A stretch of 63,512 nucleotides of DNA, counting the filler, from an uncultured Chlamydiae bacterium (GTDB lineage Bacteria; Chlamydiota; Chlamydiia; Chlamydiales; SM23-39), in the NCBI GenBank assembly GCA_937899275.1. It is 4 parts of 4 records of this genome, joined end to end, with 100 filler letters (N's around TTAATTAATTAA, not from the genome) between each part and the next. Parts side by side here need not be neighbours in the genome. Positions count along the whole stretch, not along the records: positions 1 to 27,006 come from CALBPE010000011.1; 3 more parts are not named here. The stretch is one strand, 5' to 3'. Position 1 is the stretch's first letter. Every line of letters begins with the position of its first letter. The notes under the pieces were generated by a model that was not told where the DNA came from, did no database searches, and was given only the letters and a program-made list of their open reading frames with translations. Below are positions 10,372 through 21,420 of this stretch, in pieces. The position numbers were made by a program, and so were the translations under genes.

Positions 10372-12279
10372 TTAAGAACGCGTCCCAAAAACTTTTTCAC
10401 AACACTGCTTTAAGCGTCGTTTTTTTCCTTCATCTTCTCCAATGAAAAGAAACCCAAAGCAGTGATCTACCGAAAAGGAAAACAGCTCGCAAGAAGCATA
10501 CCGGAGTTTTTGCATCAGCTGTACTAAGCGCTTTTTCTGCCCAAGTGTCCGTTCTTTACAAAGAATCAACATCCGTTTTTCGTCTATTTTTATGCTACAA
10601 TCTATTGCAGCATCTTTTTTCTTCAGATAATCGGTTACTTGCAAATATAAAAACTTCAACATTTGACAAGAAAGTAAACTGCGCATTTCACTTGGTTGAA
10701 TTGAGAAAAACAGCTTTTCCATGAAAAAATGGCGCCCTGAATGCTCTTTTCCTAAACACCGTTTCCACTGCTCGATTAGCTCTGCCTGCTTTTTCATCAT
10801 CCCACCGTTGTAGTCGCGAATATCGCCAAAGATAGCGCCGAGCTTTTGCACAAGATGCTCTCTTGCAAGGTATAAATCGACAAAATGGTTGTCTTGTAGA
10901 AATGGCTTAGAAGGCATCTGCACAGAAAAAACGTACGCATCTTTTGTGTATTTCCTGCGCATAGTCCCCATTTTTTTTGACCGCTCAATCTGCCAGGACC
11001 AGGCTTTAGGCAGTTTTTGTAAATAAAATTGCATCTCTTTTTTTCCCGGCTGTACGATCCAGGAAAAGATCACGGTAAAGTGGAGTAGCCCCTTTTCTTG
11101 TGTATTAAAGTTGATGATCATTTGGGGAATATCTTGCACATAACGCAGCTGATTGGATAACGTCATAATGTTGCGAAGCACTTCTTCTTCATTTCGGGGC
11201 ATGAAAATAGGGTTGGTCAAAAACTCAATCCGACTGGATAAGAGACTCGGCAGTTTACTGCGAAGCGCCTGAATTTCTGACAAACTCAACTCTTTTGCCT
11301 CTTTTTTCATCACCTCGATATATACTGTTTGCATCGAAGAGCTCGGATCTTTTTCCAACAAAAATGAATCTTCTACCATGCGTAAAAACGGGTGCACCTT
11401 TTGGATTGCGCCCATAAGATGCGACTCTTCAAAAACTTCTCTTTCTTGAAGAAAGTTGAATCCAACTAAGAGCCCGAGTACAGATGGTGGTTTTTTTTCG
11501 CTTCGATCTTCTAACTTTGCCTTAATCAGCTTCACCATGATATGCCTTTCAGAAGGAGAGGCTGCAATTTTTTTTTCCAGAGTTTTTCTAATGATGTGAG
11601 AAATAGAAATGATCCGGCTAATATGATGGTAACCGCGTCTACTTTTGAACTCATCTTTCGATATAACTAAAAATCTTTGCATATGAGAAAAAATGCTTTT
11701 ATCGTAGTTATCTGTGCGCGCTTTCATTAAAGAGCCGATCTTTTTTTGGATCATCTCTGTTTTTTTATCAGGGGAAAGATCTTTGAATTCTAAAATGCGA
11801 TTGGCGTAGTAAGGCGATCTTGCCCCGAGACGCACTTCACTATCAACTCTGTTTTTATGCTTATCGAAATCAACTAGATCCTCTTCACTAAGCTCAATAG
11901 TTATCTGCGCTAGAGTACAAAGAGGAGAGTCTCCCTTAGAAAAACGAAAATCAGAAGAAAAAAAGTAACTCGCATCGAGCCTTTTATTTGGCACAAGCCA
12001 GCGGGTAATCATATCGTAGAAAAAGTGGGAAACGCCTACTCTGTGCTTCGCTAGAAAAGAAATGGAAAGCCTACGCGAAGAAATCCTATCCCAGTGAAGC
12101 GCTGGAAGCGCCTCTTCTAAAGCTTGGTCGATTTCTCCCTTTTCTCGGTTACATAACTTTTGAAAAAGCCCTTTTGAAAGAATTTTCTCCACCCCGTCTT
12201 GAATGGTCTCTAAAGAGCGCTCAAAGCATTTTGTATCTGAATGAGAAAGTACAATTTTTGGCGTTAGTTTTGCCGTCAT
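10372..12279 (-). CDS. Hypothetical protein (635 aa), probably conserved in chlamydiae
   Basis: Long ORF overlapping the lysC stop by 4 bp. Blocks such as FMPRNEEE and DIRDYNGGM look conserved, but the function is not recognised. Confidence 0.7.
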   Translation of the reverse strand: MTAKLTPKIVLSHSDTKCFERSLETIQDGVEKILSKGLFQKLCNREKGEIDQALEEALPALHWDRISSRRLSISFLAKHRVGVSHFFYDMITRWLVPNKRLDASYFFSSDFRFSKGDSPLCTLAQITIELSEEDLVDFDKHKNRVDSEVRLGARSPYYANRILEFKDLSPDKKTEMIQKKIGSLMKARTDNYDKSIFSHMQRFLVISKDEFKSRRGYHHISRIISISHIIRKTLEKKIAASPSERHIMVKLIKAKLEDRSEKKPPSVLGLLVGFNFLQEREVFEESHLMGAIQKVHPFLRMVEDSFLLEKDPSSSMQTVYIEVMKKEAKELSLSEIQALRSKLPSLLSSRIEFLTNPIFMPRNEEEVLRNIMTLSNQLRYVQDIPQMIINFNTQEKGLLHFTVIFSWIVQPGKKEMQFYLQKLPKAWSWQIERSKKMGTMRRKYTKDAYVFSVQMPSKPFLQDNHFVDLYLAREHLVQKLGAIFGDIRDYNGGMMKKQAELIEQWKRCLGKEHSGRHFFMEKLFFSIQPSEMRSLLSCQMLKFLYLQVTDYLKKKDAAIDCSIKIDEKRMLILCKERTLGQKKRLVQLMQKLRYASCELFSFSVDHCFGFLFIGEDEGKKRRLKQCCEKVFGTRS

Positions 12280-13121
12280 ACCCCCGAAAATACCTCCTTT
12301 ACCTCTTGTTGAAAAAGCGCTTCATAACCTTGCCCTTTTGTCTTACTAAAAGACGGATTAGGCAGCTCTTCATGATCAATACTAGAAAACCCAATCGTTG
12401 TTCCTTCATCTGAATCGACACTTTGCTTATAAGAAAGAACGCGAAGACAAATACCTGCCTTAGCAGCAAGATCAATGGCTCTTTCATGCAAAATGCAAGA
12501 TCCTTTTTGCACGATAGCTCTCGCCTCTTCATAAGAAAGATGTTCATGAAATTTTGCAGAGGGATCCATTTTAGGATCTGTAGAAAACACCCCCTTCACA
12601 TCTTTAAAAAACTCGACTTTTTGCGCCTGCAAAGCGGCGGCCAAAGCAACAGCTGTTGTGTCGGAGCCGCCCCGACCAAGAGTTGTAATTCCTCCGTCTA
12701 AACCCACTCCTTGAAACCCTGCTACAATCACCACTTTTCCCTGACGAAGAGGAGCAAAAAGACGAAAAGGGCGCACATCTAAAATCCGCGCATCGGCATG
12801 TTTTGCAGAAGTGACAATACCTACTTGACTTCCTGTAAAGCTAAGAGCATCAAATCCTTTGCGTTTTAACGCCATGGCTAAAAGAGCGCTACTCATTCTT
12901 TCCCCTGCAGAAACTAGCATATCTTCTTCTCTTTTTGGAGGATCTGGATGCACTTTTCTAGCGAGAGAAAGTAGTTGATTTGTAGTATCTCCCATAGCGC
13001 TAACAACGACCACTACGTTGGAATAAGATTTTCGCCTAGCTGCAATAATATCTGCTATATGCAAAAAACTTTCTGGAGAATCAACACTAGCTCCACCAAA
13101 TTTCATGACTATCGTTCGCAT
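12276..13121 (-). CDS. lysC: Aspartate kinase, catalytic domain only (no ACT domains)
   Basis: KFGGASV, VVVVSAMGDTT, GFQG, TTLGRGGSDTTA and DVKGVFSTDP motifs. Confidence 0.88.
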   Translation of the reverse strand: MRTIVMKFGGASVDSPESFLHIADIIAARRKSYSNVVVVVSAMGDTTNQLLSLARKVHPDPPKREEDMLVSAGERMSSALLAMALKRKGFDALSFTGSQVGIVTSAKHADARILDVRPFRLFAPLRQGKVVIVAGFQGVGLDGGITTLGRGGSDTTAVALAAALQAQKVEFFKDVKGVFSTDPKMDPSAKFHEHLSYEEARAIVQKGSCILHERAIDLAAKAGICLRVLSYKQSVDSDEGTTIGFSSIDHEELPNPSFSKTKGQGYEALFQQEVKEVFSGV

Positions 13122-13449
13122 AGGATTTCCTTAACTGCGTTGATGGTATGGATTTAGGAATCTACCGAGGCAATTCACAAAACCACTTAAATAACATTTT
13201 TTATTTTGTTTTGTTTTTTATGTCCAAAAAAATATTTTATTCAAAAACTTCGCCTTAGAACTCTCTTGAAAGCACAAGGCAAAAAAACCAACCTAAAAAA
13301 CTATAAAACACTTATGATTAGATTTTTAGAAAAAAAACTTCTTTCAAATATTTACAGTAAAAAAATAACGATCTTTTTTTATAAAAAAAATAAAAGAGCG
13401 CATATATTGCCCCAAAAAAATGGAAAACATACAAGAAGAGCGCAAGATC

Positions 13450-13478
13450 TTGCATTTTTCTAAATGTTTTGATACGAT
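13450..13478 (+). promoter_or_regulatory. Putative sigma66/sigma70-type promoter for rpsA
   Basis: TTGCAT-N17-TACGAT downstream of an AT-rich tract; AGGAG Shine-Dalgarno at about 13501. Confidence 0.5.
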
Positions 13479-13516
13479 TTCTCCTTTAACCCAAGAAAAT
13501 AGGAGCCCCTTTTAAC

Positions 13517-15229
13517 ATGACAAATCAATCTCAGGATTGGAGCGCAGCAAGCAATATTTTAGATGACGTAGAATTTTCCCCAGAAGAAGCTTTAGAATTT
13601 CAAAATCTTTTAGAGGGCAAAGAGACGCAAGAAGATAGCTCCATTAATATGATGAAAGCGGGCCAGATTTTAAAGGGAAACATCGTAGAAATCGTGAAAG
13701 ATTTTGTGATTGTTGACGTAGGCCTCAAATCAGAAGGTTTAGTACCAATCGCTGAATTTATCGATACAGACGAACTCGTTTTAGGACAAGAAATCGAAGT
13801 GTATCTAGACCGAACTGAAGGAGAAGATGGCCAAATCGTTCTTTCCAAAGAAAAGGCCCGCAAACAAAGACAGTGGGAATACATCGTTGGTCACTGTAAA
13901 GAAGGCTCCTTAGTAAAAGGAAGAGTAATTCGCAAAGTAAAAGGCGGCCTTATGGTTGATATCGGCATGGAAGCCTTTTTACCAGGATCGCAAATTGATA
14001 ATAAGCGGATCAAAAACCTTGATGAATTCATCGGCAAAAACTACGAATTCAAAATCTTAAAAATCAATATCGAAAGAAAAAATATCGTCGTTTCTAGAAG
14101 AGAGCTGCTCGAAGAAGAGCGCGTTTCGAAAAAAGCAGAAGTATTAGAGCAAATTCAGGAAGGAGATCTATGCAAAGGGGTGGTAAAAAACATCACCGAC
14201 TTTGGTGTGTTTCTCGATTTAAATGGAATTGACGGCTTGCTGCACATCACGGACATGACTTGGAAAAGGATCAAACACCCTTCAGAAATGATCAAAATGG
14301 GTGAAGAATTAGAAGTGATCATCCTAAATGTAGACAGAGACAAAGGTAGAGTTGCTCTAGGATTAAAGCAAAAAGATTCTAATCCTTGGGAAGAAATCGA
14401 GCAGCGCTATCCTCCGGGCAAAAAAGTACGCGGGAAAATTGTCAACCTCGTTTCATACGGCGCTTTCATTGAAATTGAGCCAGGAATTGAAGGATTGATT
14501 CACGTCTCCGAAATGTCTTGGACAAAATCAATCACAGATCCAAGCGAAGTTGTGCAAATGGATGAAGAAGTAGAAGCAATCGTCCTTTCTGTACAAAAAG
14601 AAGATGGAAAAATCTCTTTAGGAATCAAACAAACCCAGCACAATCCATGGGACGATGTTGAAGACAAATACCCCATCGGAAAAAACGTGAGCGCAGAAGT
14701 AAAAAGCCTCACCAATTATGGCGTTTTTGTAGAGCTAGAGCCTGGTGTAGAAGGTCTCATTCACGTATCAGACGTCAGCTGGAGTAGAAAAATCACCCAC
14801 CCTTCTGAGGTTTTTACTAAGGGCGATAAAGTAGATATGGTAGTCCTATCTGTAGATCGCGATAGTAAAAAAATCACCTTAGGAGTAAAACAGCTTGGCG
14901 ATAATCCATGGGACGATATTGAAGAAACTCTTCCTGTCGGCTCACTAGTCAAAGGTATTGTGAAAAAGACAACCGCTTTTGGTGCATTTGTTCTTTTAGA
15001 TAACGGCATCGAAGCATTAATTCATGCTACAGCGCTATCGGATAAACCCTTTGGCAAAGTGGAAGAAATTGTAAAAGAAGGCGATAAAGTCACAGCAAAA
15101 GTCATTAAGCTAGACCCAGAACGCAAGAAAATTTCTTTATCCATCAAAGATTATATCGTAGAGAAAAATCAAGTAGACCATGATGATATCGTCGTTGGTA
15201 ACTTTGACGAGTCTTCTGAAGAAGAATAG
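13517..15229 (+). CDS. rpsA: 30S ribosomal protein S1
   Basis: Six S1 repeats ([34 protein letters not shown]). Confidence 0.97.
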   Translation: MTNQSQDWSAASNILDDVEFSPEEALEFQNLLEGKETQEDSSINMMKAGQILKGNIVEIVKDFVIVDVGLKSEGLVPIAEFIDTDELVLGQEIEVYLDRTEGEDGQIVLSKEKARKQRQWEYIVGHCKEGSLVKGRVIRKVKGGLMVDIGMEAFLPGSQIDNKRIKNLDEFIGKNYEFKILKINIERKNIVVSRRELLEEERVSKKAEVLEQIQEGDLCKGVVKNITDFGVFLDLNGIDGLLHITDMTWKRIKHPSEMIKMGEELEVIILNVDRDKGRVALGLKQKDSNPWEEIEQRYPPGKKVRGKIVNLVSYGAFIEIEPGIEGLIHVSEMSWTKSITDPSEVVQMDEEVEAIVLSVQKEDGKISLGIKQTQHNPWDDVEDKYPIGKNVSAEVKSLTNYGVFVELEPGVEGLIHVSDVSWSRKITHPSEVFTKGDKVDMVVLSVDRDSKKITLGVKQLGDNPWDDIEETLPVGSLVKGIVKKTTAFGAFVLLDNGIEALIHATALSDKPFGKVEEIVKEGDKVTAKVIKLDPERKKISLSIKDYIVEKNQVDHDDIVVGNFDESSEEE

Positions 15230-15250
15230 CCTAAAGGCAAAAAAATAGCC

Positions 15251-15283
15251 GTACAAAAAGGAGCGCTTCGCTCTTTTTTGTAC
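15251..15283 (+). terminator. Rho-independent terminator after rpsA (possibly bidirectional)
   Basis: GTACAAAAAGGAGCG-CTT-CGCTCTTTTTTGTAC hairpin with a T tract. Confidence 0.75.
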
Positions 15284-15368
15284 CTTAAATAAACTGAGTA
15301 TAACACATAAACAATCTAAGTCATTTCAACTATTTGACCTACAAGTCACAACCATACAGAAGGCCCCT

Positions 15369-16637
15369 ATGAACAAAGACCTGATCGCAATTTTCGAGTA
15401 TCTTGAAAGGGAAAAAGGCATCAAACGTGAAGTGGTTATTCAAGCAATTGAAGACTCCCTTTTGGCTGCAGCGAAAAAAAGTGTGGATGGCGTAGGCGAT
15501 GTGCACGTTCATATCGAAGCAAAGTCGGGAGATATTGAAGTAGTCACGCAAAAACAGATTGTTGATGAGGTAGAAGATCCCGATCAAGAGATTTCTATCG
15601 AAGATGCGCAAGATCTAGAGCCTAGCGCTGAAGTAGGTCAGTGGTTAGAAATTGTTGTAACGCCCCAAGATTTTGGCAGAATTGCTGCGCAAACAGCAAG
15701 GCAGGTGATCACACAAAAACTACGTGGCGCAGAAAAAGAGGTGATCTATAGAGAATACCGCGATCGAGAAAAAGACATCGTATCGGGAACGGTCAAGCGT
15801 TTTGTACGCGGCCGCAACATCATTGTAGATCTAGGAAAAGTAGAAGCTATTCTTCCCGAAAGACACTACCCTAAAACCGAACGTTTCCAAGTACAAGAAA
15901 AAGTACAAGCCCTTCTTTTAGAAGTGCGCGACACAGAAAATGGAGGAGCAGAAGTGCTCTTATCCAGAAGCCATCCTGAATTTGTAAAACAGCTTTTTAA
16001 CCTCGAAGTGCCTGAGCTATCTGATAACATTGTAGAAGTGGCGCACATTGTAAGAGAGGCTGGTTATAGAACAAAAATGGTTGTAAAATCTCACGATGCA
16101 AAAGTGGACCCTGTAGGCACATGCGTAGGCGTCCGAGGCACGCGGATTAAAAACGTTATCCGTGAAATCAACGAAAAAATCGATGTCATCCCGTTTTCTG
16201 AAGATCCGATTCAACTGCTACAAAATGCGATTTCTCCCGTAGAGATATCCAAGTTAAAAGAAGAAGAAAATCACATATCAATCATCGTAAACGATGAAGA
16301 CTACCCCATTGTCATTGGCAAAAAAGGGATGAATGCAAGACTGATCGCTGCGTTGATAGGTAAAGAGCTAGAAGTCCAAAAAATGAGTGAGTACCAAAAA
16401 ACAATCACAATTGAAATGGAACATTTAGCAAAAGAAGAAGATGACAAACTCGACTCCCCCCTTAAAATCGAAGGGGTAAGTTCTCTCATCATTGAAAGTT
16501 TAATCTCTGCAGGCTTTGATACCCTTCGTAAAGTGGTTAGCTCCTCTCCCCATGAACTGACTTCAAAAGTACCTGGATTCAATTACTTCGACATAGCGGA
16601 AAAAATTCTCGACCAAACAAGAAATAAAAAGGTGTAA
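15369..16637 (+). CDS. nusA: Transcription termination factor NusA
   Basis: FGRIAAQTARQ, REAGYRTK, DPVGTCVG and IGKKGMNARL motifs. Confidence 0.96.
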   Translation: MNKDLIAIFEYLEREKGIKREVVIQAIEDSLLAAAKKSVDGVGDVHVHIEAKSGDIEVVTQKQIVDEVEDPDQEISIEDAQDLEPSAEVGQWLEIVVTPQDFGRIAAQTARQVITQKLRGAEKEVIYREYRDREKDIVSGTVKRFVRGRNIIVDLGKVEAILPERHYPKTERFQVQEKVQALLLEVRDTENGGAEVLLSRSHPEFVKQLFNLEVPELSDNIVEVAHIVREAGYRTKMVVKSHDAKVDPVGTCVGVRGTRIKNVIREINEKIDVIPFSEDPIQLLQNAISPVEISKLKEEENHISIIVNDEDYPIVIGKKGMNARLIAALIGKELEVQKMSEYQKTITIEMEHLAKEEDDKLDSPLKIEGVSSLIIESLISAGFDTLRKVVSSSPHELTSKVPGFNYFDIAEKILDQTRNKKV

Positions 16638-16640
16638 CTC

Positions 16641-19061
16641 TTGGTAAAAAACCTAAAAATCAATATCAAAAACACACAACTCGCCAAGGCTTTAAAACTC
16701 AAGTCTGATCCTAAAAGCGCAAAAAAAGAGGCGACGCTAAAACAAGCTGCCGATACGACAACAAAGAAAAAACCTCGTGCGCGTATCATCAAAAAAAAGG
16801 TAGAACCGGAAGAAAAAATCGACCAACAGGTAGAAGCCACTTCTGCAGATACGATCTCTACAAGTGAAAAAACAGACTCTTTACCTACACCACCTGCTCC
16901 TGAAACAGTGCAAGACTCTGGAGAAATAGAGGTAGAAGCTAAGCCAGATGTTCCAGAAGAGGCGCCTAAAGAAGCGATAAATAACGTTGAGACCCCTTCT
17001 CTAGATAAAGAAAAAAAAGAGCAAGAAAAGCCCTCTACAAGTTCTACAAAAAAAGTAGAAACAAAACCAAAAGATGACAACAAAGATAAAAAGAAAAAGC
17101 TAAAACCCGATGCACCTGCAAAATCAAGTGGTTTTCGCGATTTTCGAGAGTTCAAAGCTGCGCGTAAAAAAGTACGCGAATTTGATGGAAGAGATAAACA
17201 AGGTCTTCGCGATAGCGATGATGAAGCATGGCGCAGAAAAAAACATAAAAGAAGAAAACTGCCTCCAATAGAAGACCAAATCCTTCGCCCAAAAGCTTTG
17301 ACTGTCCGCCTGCCTATTACCTTAAAAGAACTTGCCCAAGAAATGAAGCTAAAAGCATCTGAGCTTATCGCAAAACTCTTTGTACAAGGCATCACACTCA
17401 CGCTAAACGATTATTTAGACGATGAAACGACTGTGCAGCTTTTAGGTCATGAATTTTCCTGTGAGATCACGATTGATCGATCAGAAGAAGAAAGGATCCA
17501 AATCACAAACAAAACTATTGCGGAAGAAATCGCAGAGGCTCCTGAAGAAAAAATCAAAATAAGACCTTGCGTTGTCACCTTTATGGGTCATGTAGACCAT
17601 GGAAAAACAAGCCTTATCGATGCGATTCGTAGCACAAAAGTAGCCCAAGGAGAAGCGGGAGCCATCACCCAGCATATTGGCGCTTTTAAAACCAAAACCT
17701 CCGCTGGAGAAATCACAATCTTAGATACTCCTGGCCACGAAGCTTTTAGCGAAATGCGTGAAAGAGGAGCTAATGTAACCGATATTGTGGTATTAGTGAT
17801 TGCAGGCGACGAAGGCATGCGCGATCAAACAGTAGAGGCGATGAACCAAGCAAAAGAGGCTTCTGTACCTATTGTTGTAGCAATCAATAAGTCAGACAAA
17901 GCCAACTTCAATCCAGAAAAAGTCTACCGCGAGCTTTCCGATCATGAACTTTTACCCGAAGCTTGGGGAGGCTCTACCATTACGGTAAACTGCTCCGCTG
18001 CTACGGGAGATGGGATCAATGATTTATTAGAAATGTTAACGCTCCAAGCGGAAATTCAAGAACTGAAGGCCAATCCGCATACTAGAGCAAGAGGCACCGT
18101 TCTTGAATCAGAAATGCATAAAGGGCTAGGAGCTGTAGCGACTGTTTTAGTACAAAATGGATCGCTTCATTTATCCGATGCCATTGTTTTAGGCAATTTT
18201 TACGGCAGAATCAAAACCATGCATGATGAAATGGGCAAAAACATCCCTAAAGCCACCCCTTCTACTCCAGTAAAAATCACAGGTATTTCTGGACTTGTAG
18301 AAGCAGGCTCTGAATTCATCGTTGTGAAAAATGAAAAAGAAGCAAAAGACCTTGCCGCTGCAAGAAAAGAAGGACAAAGAAGAGCTGCCCACCAGTCTAT
18401 ACGCTCTAGTATGGACAAGCTTTTACAAAAGAAAGCAGAAAGCTCGCTCAAAGTGCTGCCTTTGATTATTCGAGCAGATGTCCAAGGCTCCTTAGAAGCG
18501 CTTAAAACTTCGTTGAGAAAAATCCCCTCTGACAAAGTGCGTATTGAAATTGTCAATGAAGGTGTAGGCGAAATCTCTGAATCTGATGTAGAGCTAGCTG
18601 GCGCATCAGGTGCACATATTTTAGGGTTTCACACGCAAATTGAGAGCCATACAGAAGATCTCATCAAGCAGAAAAAAATCCATGTACGGATGCATGACGT
18701 CATCTATCATGCAGTAGACGACATCAAAGAAACCATGGCAAGTCTTCTCGATCTTCTTCCTGAAGAGCAAGATACAGGAAAAGCTCATGTAAAAGCGATC
18801 TTCAAGTCTTCTCATTTAGGGATTATTGCCGGATGTCAAGTTACGGAAGGCACAATTCACCGAAATCACTTCGTGCGTATTATGCGCGGTGATGAACAGG
18901 TCTGGGGCGGAAAAATTGCTTCGATCAAACGGGTAAAAGATGACGTAAAAGAAGTACAAAAAGGGATCGAATGCGGCATTGTATTAGATGGATTTTCTAA
19001 AGTACAACAAGATGATACCATTGAAGCCTATGAAATCATCTACCACAAGCAAGAGCTATGA
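16641..19061 (+). CDS. infB: Translation initiation factor IF-2
   Basis: [32 protein letters not shown] and ADVQGS motifs. Confidence 0.97.
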   Translation: MVKNLKINIKNTQLAKALKLKSDPKSAKKEATLKQAADTTTKKKPRARIIKKKVEPEEKIDQQVEATSADTISTSEKTDSLPTPPAPETVQDSGEIEVEAKPDVPEEAPKEAINNVETPSLDKEKKEQEKPSTSSTKKVETKPKDDNKDKKKKLKPDAPAKSSGFRDFREFKAARKKVREFDGRDKQGLRDSDDEAWRRKKHKRRKLPPIEDQILRPKALTVRLPITLKELAQEMKLKASELIAKLFVQGITLTLNDYLDDETTVQLLGHEFSCEITIDRSEEERIQITNKTIAEEIAEAPEEKIKIRPCVVTFMGHVDHGKTSLIDAIRSTKVAQGEAGAITQHIGAFKTKTSAGEITILDTPGHEAFSEMRERGANVTDIVVLVIAGDEGMRDQTVEAMNQAKEASVPIVVAINKSDKANFNPEKVYRELSDHELLPEAWGGSTITVNCSAATGDGINDLLEMLTLQAEIQELKANPHTRARGTVLESEMHKGLGAVATVLVQNGSLHLSDAIVLGNFYGRIKTMHDEMGKNIPKATPSTPVKITGISGLVEAGSEFIVVKNEKEAKDLAAARKEGQRRAAHQSIRSSMDKLLQKKAESSLKVLPLIIRADVQGSLEALKTSLRKIPSDKVRIEIVNEGVGEISESDVELAGASGAHILGFHTQIESHTEDLIKQKKIHVRMHDVIYHAVDDIKETMASLLDLLPEEQDTGKAHVKAIFKSSHLGIIAGCQVTEGTIHRNHFVRIMRGDEQVWGGKIASIKRVKDDVKEVQKGIECGIVLDGFSKVQQDDTIEAYEIIYHKQEL

Positions 19062-19477
19062 ATAAAAGAAGACAAGCTAGACTCAACTCCCTTTTAAAAG
19101 AAGTGCTTTCTGAAGTCATCATGAAGGATGTAAAAAATCCCGATGTGAGTACTTTTGTAACAGTTACCAGTGTAGAAATCTCAAACGATTCACACCATGC
19201 AAAAGTCTTTGTCAGCGTTATTGGCGATGACAAAGAAAGACAAAAAACGCTTTCTGCTTTAGAGTCTGGCGCTGGATATATTGGCATACGCGCTTCGAAA
19301 AAAGTTGTGATGCGTATTTTCCCCTCTCTTACCTTCAAGTTAGATACGTCAGTTGATGAACACATGCGTATTGATGCAATTCTCAACACGATTCATAACG
19401 AGAAAAAATGCCGCTCTAAAGAACTGAATGAAAACCTTGGTGAAAATTCTGACACAGAATCTAATCCACCAAATTGA
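19058..19477 (+). CDS. rbfA: Ribosome-binding factor A
   Basis: [15 protein letters not shown] and PSLTFKLD motifs; follows infB. Confidence 0.93.
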   Translation: MNKRRQARLNSLLKEVLSEVIMKDVKNPDVSTFVTVTSVEISNDSHHAKVFVSVIGDDKERQKTLSALESGAGYIGIRASKKVVMRIFPSLTFKLDTSVDEHMRIDAILNTIHNEKKCRSKELNENLGENSDTESNPPN

Positions 19478-20213
19478 TCTACAGGGAATTTTACTCCTAA
19501 ATAAAGCCAAGGGAGATACATCTTTTTCCTATATTCCGAAATTGCGCAGACTCTCCGGCATAAAAAAAATTGGCCACGCAGGGACACTAGACCCCTTAGC
19601 AGAGGGTCTCTTGATTTTTTTAATCGGCAAACGTTTTACCACAAAAGCAGACGCATTTCTTCATTTAGACAAAGACTACGTAGCCACGATTTATCTAGGT
19701 GAAGGCACCGATACCTACGATCAAGAAGGTAAAATCTTAAAGCGCTCAGAAAAAATCCCCAAAATCCAAGAGATCATGAAAACGCTTTCTCAGTTCCAAG
19801 GAAAGATCTCCCAAATTCCCCCAATGTTTTCTGCGAAAAAAGTGGGAGGAAAAAAACTCTACGAGCTTGCTCGTAAAGATATTACCATTGAAAGAAAACC
19901 CATCAACGTAGAAGTAGACATCGCCCTTTTAAACTACACCTATCCCTATCTATCGATTCAGGTGACCTGTTCGAAAGGAACGTATATTCGAAGTTTAGCA
20001 GAAGACATTGGCAATGCGCTTGGAACATACGGCCATCTTTCTTCACTTGAACGAACAAGAATCGGCCCCTTTCATCTAAAAAACGCACTATCTGCTGCCA
20101 CTTTGCTGCAAGATATACAAGAAAATAACCCATCTCATCTAAAAGACTTTCTTCTAAAAGAAGCGCTGTTACCTGCTTTTGCTGAGATCGTGAAAAACAC
20201 ATCTTCTGATTAG
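19428..20213 (+). CDS. truB: tRNA pseudouridine(55) synthase; start uncertain
   Basis: KIGHAGTLDPLAEG, PPMFSAKK and CSKGTYIRSL motifs. Confidence 0.95.
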   Translation: MKTLVKILTQNLIHQIDLQGILLLNKAKGDTSFSYIPKLRRLSGIKKIGHAGTLDPLAEGLLIFLIGKRFTTKADAFLHLDKDYVATIYLGEGTDTYDQEGKILKRSEKIPKIQEIMKTLSQFQGKISQIPPMFSAKKVGGKKLYELARKDITIERKPINVEVDIALLNYTYPYLSIQVTCSKGTYIRSLAEDIGNALGTYGHLSSLERTRIGPFHLKNALSAATLLQDIQENNPSHLKDFLLKEALLPAFAEIVKNTSSD

Positions 20214-20253
20214 CGGTTTGCATTTTATCGTAAAAAGAGCATAAAATAGATAC

Positions 20254-21336
20254 ATGTTATCTGCTGGAATCGTAGGCCTACCTAATGTAGGCAAAACCAC
20301 ATTATTCAACGCTCTTTCGAAAAAACAAAAAGAAGCAAAAAACTACCCATTTTGCACGATCGATCCCAACTGCAGTATTGTCGATCTAGAAGATGATCTG
20401 GTAGATCAACTTGCGCAGCTTTCTACTAGCGAAAAAATCGTTTACGCCCCTGTTTCTTTTACCGATATTGCAGGTCTTGTGAAAGGAGCATCAAAAGGTG
20501 AAGGATTAGGCAATCAGTTTTTAAGCCATATCCGAGAAACCGCCGCTTTAGTTCATGTGGTACGCTGTTTTGAAGATGATGATATTGTTCATGTAGATGG
20601 CGCAATCGATCCGCTAAATGATATGGCCGTCATCGATACGGAACTGATTTTATCCGATATGCAAATGGCGGAAAACATCTTGCGCCGTCTTGAAAAACAG
20701 GCAAAAGGACAAAAAAATGCAGCTAAAGAAGCGGCTGCCTTAAAAAAAATATATGCTCACCTAGAAAGCAATCTCCCCCTTCGATCCATTGCATTATCCG
20801 ATGAAGAAATTGAGCTGACAGCGCATTACCCTTTCATCACCAAAAAACCTGTTCTCTATGTAGCGAATATCGCAGAAACCGACCTTCCTACGCGAACAAA
20901 CCGCTATGTGGATATTGTGAAGGAAAAAGCAGCTAAAGAAGGCAGCTCGGTGATTGTTTTATCAGCAAAAATTGAAGAAGAGCTAGCCCAACTCGAAAAC
21001 CCCCAGGAGTTTTTAGAAGAATTAGGGCTGAAAGAGCCTGCACTCAAAGTACTCGTGCGCTCTGCTGTACATGCTTTAGGCTTAATTACATTTATTACTA
21101 CAGGGGAAATGGAAACCAAAGCGTGGATGATCCCAGAAAATACCACAGCAAAAAAAGCTGCTGGCGCGATCCACTCTGATATTGAAAAAGGATTTATCAG
21201 AGCAGAAGTTATCCAAGCAAAAGAGCTTGTGAATATGGGCTCGAAAGTCAAAGCAAAAGAAGCAGGTCTTTTACGCATAGAGGGAAAAGAGTACATCGTA
21301 CAGCATCAAGATGTGATGCTATTTTTCCATAACTAG
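20254..21336 (+). CDS. ychF: Ribosome-binding ATPase YchF
   Basis: GIVGLPNVGKTTLFNA, NYPFCTIDPN and DIAGLVKGASKGEGLGN motifs. Confidence 0.96.
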   Translation: MLSAGIVGLPNVGKTTLFNALSKKQKEAKNYPFCTIDPNCSIVDLEDDLVDQLAQLSTSEKIVYAPVSFTDIAGLVKGASKGEGLGNQFLSHIRETAALVHVVRCFEDDDIVHVDGAIDPLNDMAVIDTELILSDMQMAENILRRLEKQAKGQKNAAKEAAALKKIYAHLESNLPLRSIALSDEEIELTAHYPFITKKPVLYVANIAETDLPTRTNRYVDIVKEKAAKEGSSVIVLSAKIEEELAQLENPQEFLEELGLKEPALKVLVRSAVHALGLITFITTGEMETKAWMIPENTTAKKAAGAIHSDIEKGFIRAEVIQAKELVNMGSKVKAKEAGLLRIEGKEYIVQHQDVMLFFHN

Positions 21337-21420
21337 TCCAAATACGCACAAAAAAACGAGTTTTCCTTGACGTAGGAAGAAATTCTTCAGTACCCTTTTA
21401 CGTAGACACGTACGACTAGC

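Noticed and set aside
13206..13463. 85-aa Lys-rich ORF, or a possible replication origin, in the AT-rich region upstream of rpsA
   Set aside because: The translation reflects A/T tracts in a divergent promoter region, and no DnaA-box cluster was seen.
16583..17401. 272-aa minus-strand ORF and the many other short antisense ORFs in the track
   Set aside because: They are shadows of well-supported genes on the opposite strand (here infB) and carry no motifs.
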